Source: Eledone cirrhosa | Taxonomy: Eukaryota | Direction: 5' to 3' | NCBI GenBank assembly: GCA_964016885.1 | Contig: OZ024742.1 | Span: forward strand, 344,224,001 to 344,288,000 | DNA length: 64,000 bases | Shown here: positions 56,007-64,000 of the stretch, one piece after another | Layout of the letters: every line of letters begins with the position of its first letter | Position numbering within the stretch: position 1 is the stretch's first letter | The notes under the pieces: model-generated | What the model was told of the DNA's origin: nothing | The model's input: the letters and a program-made list of their open reading frames with translations, nothing else | Databases searched by the model: none | Made by a program: the position numbers and the translations under genes

Positions 56007-56101
56007 GATCTCGGTAGACAGGTGGGAGTAGTTAGCCTTGATAAGCTTCAACAAAAGCGAAACAAGGCCTTGTCGGCTTATCTCCCCTGTTTGCTGAGAT
56101 C
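56007..56101 (+). ncRNA. Type I hammerhead ribozyme, U3-A8 core variant (copy 2)
   Basis: Core TTGATAA 56038-44; stem II GCTT/AAGC; GAAA 56059-62; palindromic stem III CAAGGCCTTG; GUC triplet with predicted cleavage after 56074. Stem I AGCC/GGCT is extended by GGAG/CTCC and GATCTCGGTAGACAGG/CCTGTTTGCTGAGATC (16 bp, 3 G-U). Confidence 0.82.
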
Positions 56102-56324
56102 AAAGTGAATTTGTCACTACTCTAAAAAACAATAGCTTACGGTCTTCTTCAAAATGCTTTTAATTAAGCATAAAGTGTATTGCAAAATACATTATATATA
56201 CATCCATATATATATTGCTATTTCAGAGCTCCAATTCTAATTTTTAATTTCTGCCTGACCAACAACCGCTCTGTATAATCAGCTCCTGATTATTTACTAG
56301 AATTCTATAAGAATATAACATCAG

Positions 56325-56421
56325 TGATCTCGGTAGACAGGTGGGAGTAGTTAGCCATGATAAGCTTCAGCAAAAGCGAAACAAGGCCTTGTCGGCTTAT
56401 CTCCCCTGTTTGCTGAGATCA
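56325..56421 (+). ncRNA. Type I hammerhead ribozyme copy 3, core mutated to ATGATAA (A3-A8 mismatch, probably impaired)
   Basis: Same fold 319 bp downstream; core 56357-63, GAAA 56378-81, GTC 56391-93. Confidence 0.75.
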
Positions 56422-56561
56422 AAGTAAGTGAATTTGTCACTACTCTAAAAAACAATAGCTTACGGTCTTCAAAATGCTTTTAATTAAGCATAAAGTGTAT
56501 TGTAAAATACATTATATATACATCCATATATATATATTGTTATTTCAGAGCTCCAATTCTA

Positions 56562-56658
<97 letters not shown>

Positions 56659-56659
56659 C

Positions 56660-57540
<881 letters not shown>

Positions 57541-57824
57541 TATATGTATACATATATATATATACATACATATATATATATATATATATACATATATATA
57601 TAAAAATATAAATTCAGCGCGAATCGCATTTCGGCGGGTAGAAAGAGCGAAACGTAACGCAAATTCCGAGTCATGCTGGCAAGCGCTCCATGGGCTAAAA
57701 AAGACCAGAGCAATAAACATAGGTTATAAAGGCCATACAAACTGAGAAGGCGGTCAAGAAGCCATTAACGACCTAAGCCAAAAAACAAGTCAAGCTAAAC
57801 AGGTCAGACAAAATAAATGACATA

Positions 57825-57873
<49 letters not shown>

Positions 57874-58095
57874 ATAACAAACCTGGACCCTTGGAATTGA
57901 TGGTACAATCCAGTACAGCGTTTCTGTGACACCTAAATCAATAATACTGTCTGCTTAAAACAATAAGCTTTTCGTATAATCATCGAACGCGGAATATCAC
58001 GTTATCAACATGTATTTTGTTCTGCGCCAGTTTTGTGGATGACAGTGATTTGTAAAAGCACATGATTTTGGCAAATGAATTCAGTATGTGTAAAT

Positions 58096-58149
<54 letters not shown>

Positions 58150-58152
<3 letters not shown>

Positions 58153-59857
58153 AGAGTATTGAAGTTTGCTTGAAGCATTGTGGAACAATAAGTAAATATC
58201 TTTAAGTCGTTTGGAAGCCTCGACAATGCAAATGGGTAAATCTCCGGGTAACAAGGTCCGGTGGTGGAGAGAGAGATGTAAGTGGGTGTACGTTGAGATG
58301 CGTGGTGTGTATAAGATGTGTGAGATGTGTAGAATGAAGGGAAGAGTATAAAGGATAAAATAAAAATAACAACACAAGAGAGAGTTACCTTGGGAGAGAT
58401 TTAATAGTCCCTATATATTTCGGATTCACATCCATCAACTGGGGTTTTTTTCCGGGGTGGGGGAAAAGGTTGTCTGTCGGACAAGTCCGGAACGCGTCCT
58501 TCGCTGTTTGTTGTTTTGAATATCTGAGGTATTCGGCAGAGCGCGCGTGCGCGTGAAATGGGGTCGGTCGTACAGAGGTCAGCGGCCGAATGAGGGAGTG
58601 GGATGGCGCTAGCTGTCAGTCCATTCTCTGCCTGTTTGTTAAATGTTACTGTGTGTGTGTGTGCGTGTGTTGTTGTCTCGCTTGAGTGAGGTGCGTGTGT
58701 GTGTGTGTGTGTGTGAGTGTGTGTTGTTGCCTTGTTCCTCTGTATTGGCAGTGTAGTATGTTCGTACGGTGGAATGCTACTGTGTGTGTGTGCGTGTGTG
58801 TGTGTAGTTGTCTCGTTTGCGTGTGTGTGTGTGTGCGTGTGTTGTGTGTTGTTGCATCGCTTGTTAACTTAAACCAGCCATCTCATTTCGCTTCTCTCTG
58901 ATCGGTTGTTTATTTGCGGTTGCAGTCGTTTGATAAAAAGCGCTTCCTTGATACGTAACGTGCCGACGTTTTTTTCAGTCGCTAAAATTGTGACAATGGG
59001 CCTTCCGTCTTTGTTTCCGCATTTGTCTATGTGTTTCCGGAAAGACGAGGCCCTGGTTTTAGTGTGTTCCTTGATCCGGATGTGCAAAGGCCGAATTGTG
59101 CTACCTATGTAGTATTGGTTGCACCTGTCACATTCTGTCTTATTCACGACGTATGTGCGTAGGCAACAGTTTGCATGGCGTATCGAGCAGTCTCTGAGGG
59201 TGCATGCGTCAGTAGATTTTTCGGGTTTCCTGGAGAGGCATCTTCGCAGGGAGGGGCCCGAGTGGGCCAGGTGAATGTCGAGGCCCTCCCTCCGTATAGC
59301 CTTGCGGATAGCGTTGGTGGTTTTCTCGCCCAGGTGTGGCATTTTAAGGAAGCACTTGCCTTGGGTGCTTCTCTGTCTCTTGAGTCTGGTGTCTCCTATT
59401 CTGTCTGTGATCGAGGTAGGGTACCTGTACGTCTCTAGCACCTCGAGGAATCGCTTGGTATGAGTGACACCACTCGCGGGATCGCTGCATCTGTTTTTGA
59501 TTCGCGCGATCTCGTTCGTGATGTATCCTCTTTTGGCACTGTTAGGGAGGGCGGAGTTGTAGTGAACGAATAGGTCCCTGCAGGCTGCCTTTCGGTAGAA
59601 GTTGCAGTGGATCCTTCCCTGTTCCGTGATGTTGATTCGGAAGTCGAGGAGTGCAAGGGACCCGTCTTTGTTGGGGTGTTCAACACTGAAGTCAATGTTC
59701 TCGTCCGTGTTGTTGAACGTCTCATAGATTCTGTTCGCCGTGTCTTGGTAAGATGTGAGGATGAGGATATCGTCCACGTACCTTGAGAAAAAGGCTACGG
59801 CGTTGAGGTAGCAGGTGTTGAGTGCCTTGCGTTCGAGGTTGTCCATTTAAGAGATCG
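58150..59857 (-). mobile_element. 5'-truncated Penelope-like retroelement (PLE) flanked by (TA)n
   Basis: RT+GIY-YIG ORF, then a CA-rich 3' UTR, a degenerate HHR-like motif (58409-58444) and the (TA)n at 58098-58149. The 5' break abuts (TA)n at 59858. Confidence 0.9.
58869..59846 (-). pseudogene. PLE polyprotein C-terminal half: reverse transcriptase (RYVDD, LALLDFRI, FYRK..HYNS thumb) plus GIY-YIG endonuclease (C-x4-C...VVNKTECDRCNQYYIGST.RPLHIRIKEH...LRIKEALFIKRLQPQIN)
   Basis: 325-aa open frame with Penelope-diagnostic motifs. The N-terminal RT motifs are missing and there is an in-frame TAA immediately before the ATG. Confidence 0.93.
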
Positions 59858-59888
59858 CTATATATATATATATATATATACATATATA

Positions 59889-60495
59889 TGGTGGCTGCCA
59901 ACTCGTTTTCGAGTACGGCCACTACTTTATATCCATGTAGGAGAACCCCTACCGATGAGCTGAACAAGTGTGACTTTTTAGTCCAGCCAGCGACTTGAAA
60001 ACTCTGGTACAAACACTACACTTGTGACAATTACTGACACATAGTGCTGGGCCCATTGTACCCTGTAATGACAAGTGCAGAGAGATCTCCAGATATAAAG
60101 CAATGCCTGTGCCGTGAAGCTTTTATAGTGTGCAAAGGCACTGCACAAAGCCAGTCCCACTCTCTTAACCAAGATGATATTTACCAAAAAGAAGAACAAG
60201 TCAACATCATTGGATACCATCAGGGTTGCAGGTGCTATATCAGAGTTTTCCTTCTCCTAGAATTCTGCCTTGACAAAGGCTAAGGGGTCATCTCTACCGA
60301 TGATTTTGGATGGCCATTGACTCTTAAGAGCTCCTTTGCCCTTTGACAGGTTTTGTTTTTAGTTCTGCAGGATGTCCAAAGTCACCCTCCTCACCAAGAA
60401 ACCTTGGTGGGGTTGCCAGTTTAGTCGCCAACTACCCGACCATGAGACAGGTTGTACTGGGATACATGTTACCAGTAGCACCAACTGGTGACCTC
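59889..60495 (-). mobile_element. Interspersed repeat, possibly RTE-related (5' UTR-like or non-autonomous derivative)
   Basis: Bounded by (TA)n. The minus strand contains CTAGGAGAAGGAAAACTCTG, recalled from RTE-type 5' regions, and two hairpins near 60385-60495. Family not confirmed. Confidence 0.4.
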
Positions 60496-60519
60496 ACATA
60501 CATATATGTATATACATAT

Positions 60520-60599
<80 letters not shown>

Positions 60600-60603
<4 letters not shown>

Positions 60604-60950
60604 GTGAAGAAAGTTCGATGATTAAAAATCTGCCGACTTTTTCTCCACGGATTTTGTTCATCCGGAGTTTTATTATAATAATAAACAAGAAAAATGATTT
60701 AATTTGTACATTCCTATTTATTTTGTTATACGTATTTCTAAGACGTAAGACAGTTGTATAACAACTGCCCTATGTGTTCTCTTCAGACCACAATCCAAAC
60801 GAGATGTAATTATCCATTGATATGTTACTAGTCATACGTGTTATTCACTCGCCGACCAGATATTCAATTGGCGTTGCTGCTTCTGAACTGGCTAGGGAAT
60901 CAAGTTGCCAAATTGGTCGCTTGATTCTTAATGAGGTATGTAGGAACTGT
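60600..60950 (-). mobile_element. Probable PLE 3'-end remnant with a degenerate HHR-like motif (60722-60793)
   Basis: Minus strand: CTGAAGA ... TAGGGCAGTTGT/ACAACTGTCTTA hairpin ... GAAA-TACGTA-TA, then AATAAA, ending in (TA)n. Stem I and the base of stem II pair poorly. Confidence 0.4.
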
Positions 60951-60984
60951 TAGTCTATTTTTTTATATTAGATTTTATTCACTT

Positions 60985-61630
60985 AGATTCTTCTTGGGAC
61001 GCTAAACTCCGCCAGTTGCATACTGCGCATTATCATATGATATCTCTCTCCACAACGTTCGATCACCAGCAGCAGAGTTCAAAGAGCAAAGATCAAGTCC
61101 AGTCCATAAGTTGACATTGTCAAGCAATCGTTTTGGCTGTCGGCCTCTGCTACACTTACCAGCCAACCTTCCTTCCAGGCATAATATACTTACACCACGA
61201 TTTGATCTTTTTATATGGCCGTATAGTCTGAGTACTCTTGACTTGACAATTGATGTAATTGGTAATGTTGAGCAGCTCACTGACACAGATACGGTCGCTG
61301 AACCGCCGCTTGCCAGTCATAAGTCTCATGATGTGGTTCTGGAATGAAGAGAGCTTCTGACGTGACCTTGTCGTCCAATTAATACAGTCAAGACCATATA
61401 ACACAACTGGTAGGATGTAAGTATCAAAGATATTAGCCTTCAAATGATAGGAAACGCGTTTTGATGTTAGTACTTCTTTGTTCTTGGTGAAAGCTGCCCA
61501 ACCTAGAGCGATTCGATATTGCGCAGCAACCATCCCATTGCTGTTTGATGATAGTTTGTGACCAAGATATACAAACTCCGTAACTTGAGCAATTTGCTGG
61601 TTGTAGATTGTGAGTTGGAGGTTGGCATTC
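60985..61630 (-). mobile_element. RTE-clade non-LTR retrotransposon 3' fragment (RT C-terminal region, frameshifted)
   Basis: ORFs 61156-61653 and 61002-61286 join across a frameshift: QVTEFVYLG...RIALGWAAF...ILPVVLYG...RLYGHIKR...EGRLAGKCSRGRQPKR...DRTLWR, typical RTE motifs. Short AAGAAG tail. Confidence 0.9.
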
Positions 61631-62223
61631 GATCGTGAAACATTGCCCCCCAAAAGAACGGCATGATGAGTACGAAGCTTCGCACTTCTTTAGCAGAGAG
61701 GATGGCCTTAAAATGCTTGCTGTGTAGCATAACTATGTCAGATACCCTATAAAACTTTGGGAATCAAAAATAATATTTTTGTTTTTCAGATTGAATTTAC
61801 AACTTCACTATTATCTAACAAGTCCATATTGTGTGGAGGGGGTTTATGTCGTAGGAGAAGAAAAATCACCATAAGGAAAGTTTTGTGTTTAGAGCAGATA
61901 GACCAAAATCTTGATTTGTCATAGAGATGAAGTTACTTACTTCCGCTGGTGTGCGACAAATGATACAACTGTCAAAACAACGACAGAAAATAGTGTGTGA
62001 AATTTCATTGACACAAAAATATCTTTGGACCGAAATCTAAACAGTTATCTATAATATAATGAAAAAATTATATAAATTAATTATTTTCAAATAGAGCTTA
62101 GCTAAATTTTCTGCTAAATCTCGTAAATATTATTTCCGTTAGAGGAAAAATTAAAATTAATATTTGTCGCTCCACCAGAAGTATGTAAACAGGTGAAAGT
62201 AAACAATAAACCTGAACCCTCTC

Positions 62224-62495
62224 AACACACACGTATATATACAGATACACATACATAAATATACACTCGTACACATGCACATATATATACACACAAATAC
62301 ATACACATACACAAACATACATATATACACACATACAAAAAAACACGCACTCACATACACACACACATATACACAAACATACATAAACACACATACACAA
62401 ACATACAGAAACACATATATACACACATGACCAAACGCACACAAACACACACACACATACGCACACACACACATATATATATACATATACACATA
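62224..62495. repeat. Degenerate (CA)n/(TA)n microsatellite
   Basis: Directly visible. Confidence 0.95.
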
Positions 62496-63060
62496 CTAAA
62501 CAATAGAAACTAACAATAAAAAGACACCTATGAGAACAGCAACAAAATGAAGAACAACTATGTTGTTTACATTTTTAATATAAATTTATCAAGATTGTTC
62601 TGTGTTAATAATCTAATATATCAAGAGAGTACTTAACAGCTGTACATTTTATGGATAAAATAAAATTCCAAGGAAAGTCAGCCATATTGTTTCAAATATT
62701 AATTTCTTATTCAGATTTTCAGTCGACTTATTTTAGGTTTTCTTGTTCTATTTCTTTTCAAATTTTCTCTTAATTGAATTAAATTTTCTGTAAATCCCTA
62801 ATTAATTTCAAGTGTTAACTCATTCAGAGAGCAAAATCACTTTCCTCGGATATGCTTAAACACTCTTTTCATTAACTGTGGTTTTATAACAAGTTAGCAA
62901 AAAAAAACAAAAAAAAAAACGCAGCCCTGCAGATTTGACATATCGAGTTATAGCCGGTTTTTCGGATTAAACATTTTACATTAGATTTCTAATATTAAAT
63001 ATCACCGATGTTCACATTCCGTACAACCTGAGTTCAAATCTCAGAGGTTTTGCTTTAAAT

Positions 63061-63267
63061 ACCAGTTAATAGAGCGTCGGACAACATGCTCCGTGGCATT
63101 GAGTTATGTTCCTTTACGTTCTGAATTCAAATCGCGCCGTGGTTAGCTTTGACTTTCATCCTTAAGGGTCGATAAAATAAAGTATCAGTAGCATACTGGG
63201 GACGATTTAATCGCCCCCCCCCCCCAAAAAAAAAGATTGTTGGACTTGTGCCTAAATCAGAAACCAA
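63061..63267 (+). mobile_element. Octopus-type SINE (diverged)
   Basis: TTTACGTTCTGAATTCAAAT (B-box-like)...CTTTCATCCTTAAGGGTCGATAAAATAAAGTATCAG...CTTGTGCCTAAATCAGAAAC. A second copy at 63721-63832 in the opposite orientation confirms it is repetitive. Confidence 0.75.
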
Positions 63268-63720
63268 TATTTTACATACAGCTCAAATTCTGCCACATTT
63301 CCTTTATCAACTATCGACTGAAGGTCACAACGATTTCTGAATCTTCCGACGGAATTACACTTCCAGCGATGCCGAGAACTATTGAAGCTAACAGGGAATG
63401 TCTGCTTTTTTCAGAGGAGGTGGAGGGAGGGTCATACTCTAGCACGCCACCCCCCCTCTCCGTCATGCACCCACCATATCAAACTAGATGAAGCTGTAAC
63501 AACACCAAAAATGCAGCAAATATTTTACTTCACTGCTGGTTGAGGATATTCTATAGCCCAGTTTGGTACTAATACATACAGTATGTTATCAAACATCCAA
63601 CGATTACATAAACCAGTTGTCCCTATGGAAATTCCTCGTATAATTAGAAACTGCCATCAAGTATTAAAATTCAATTAAATATTTTATTTATAAATATCTA
63701 TACACACAAGTAATATATTT

Positions 63721-63832
63721 GTTTCTACTTTTGGCACAAGGCTAGCAATTATCCCAGTGTATTACTGGTACTTTATTTTATCGACCCCGTAAGGATGAAA
63801 GGCAATTTTGAACTCAGAATGGCAAGAGCCGT
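63721..63832 (-). mobile_element. Internally deleted copy of the same SINE family, inverted
   Basis: GTTTC..TTTGGCACAAG...CTGGTACTTTATTTTATCGACCCCGTAAGGATGAAAG...TTTGAACTCAGAA is an imperfect reverse complement of motifs in 63061-63267. Confidence 0.75.
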
Positions 63833-63905
63833 AATATATTGGTACATAATTACATGCATACAACACAACACAATATGGCGAATAAATCTATCAAATGACT
63901 GGAAT

Positions 63906-63969
63906 TACTACTACTACTACTTCTACTAGTAGTAGTAGTAGCAGTAGTAGTAGTAGTAGTAGTAGCAAT

Positions 63970-64000
<31 letters not shown>
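63906..64000. repeat. (ACT)n-(AGT)n-(AGC)n trinucleotide microsatellite
   Basis: Directly visible. Confidence 0.95.

Larger units (their letters stand above)
55679..56567. mobile_element. Retrozyme-like / Penelope pLTR-like non-coding repeat: one full minus-strand unit (55679-55987) back-to-back with ~1.8 tandem plus-strand units (55988-56567), period 319 bp, set between (TA)n tracts
   Basis: ATAAGAATATAACATCAG recurs at 55988 and 56307. 55679-55987 is the reverse complement of the unit. Each copy carries a hammerhead motif. No credible ORF. Confidence 0.85.

Noticed and set aside
57740-57796. Hammerhead-like motif (CTGAGAA-GGC...GCC-AAAA...GTC)
   Set aside because: Both core halves are mismatched and stems I and III are absent.
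58906-59463. Plus-strand ORFs overlapping the PLE
   Set aside because: Antisense shadows of the GC-rich PLE coding region with no recognisable motifs.
61640-62990. Possible DNA-transposon/MITE remnants
   Set aside because: No terminal inverted repeats, target-site duplication or transposase motif could be identified by eye.
63906-63945. (ACT)n to (AGT)n switch forming a palindrome
   Set aside because: Present, but a simple microsatellite inversion with no evidence of function.

Overview
AT-rich eukaryotic (animal) genomic DNA. The SINE types and microsatellite load resemble coleoid cephalopods (Octopus-like); this comes from recalled repeat consensus sequences and is not verified. Positions 1 to ~51,690 are one uninterrupted tandem satellite of 77/75-bp monomers (rarer 71- and 78-bp variants) with nested multi-kb block duplications. 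It ends ~30 bp before the 3' splice site of an exon of an SLC22/organic-cation-transporter-like MFS gene (+ strand; exons 51719-51791 and 54461-54625), so it probably fills a giant intron. The last 12 kb hold tRNA-derived SINEs, RTE-LINE fragments, a 5'-truncated Penelope-like element (RT + GIY-YIG) and a cluster of hammerhead-ribozyme (HHR) motifs in segments bounded by (TA)n microsatellites. The most notable is a 319-bp, ORF-less, hairpin-tiled tandem/inverted repeat (55679-56567). Each copy carries a type I HHR with a non-canonical U3-A8 (UUGAUAA) core, making it a candidate retrozyme/circRNA-producing element. All RNA structures were paired by eye, not computed.
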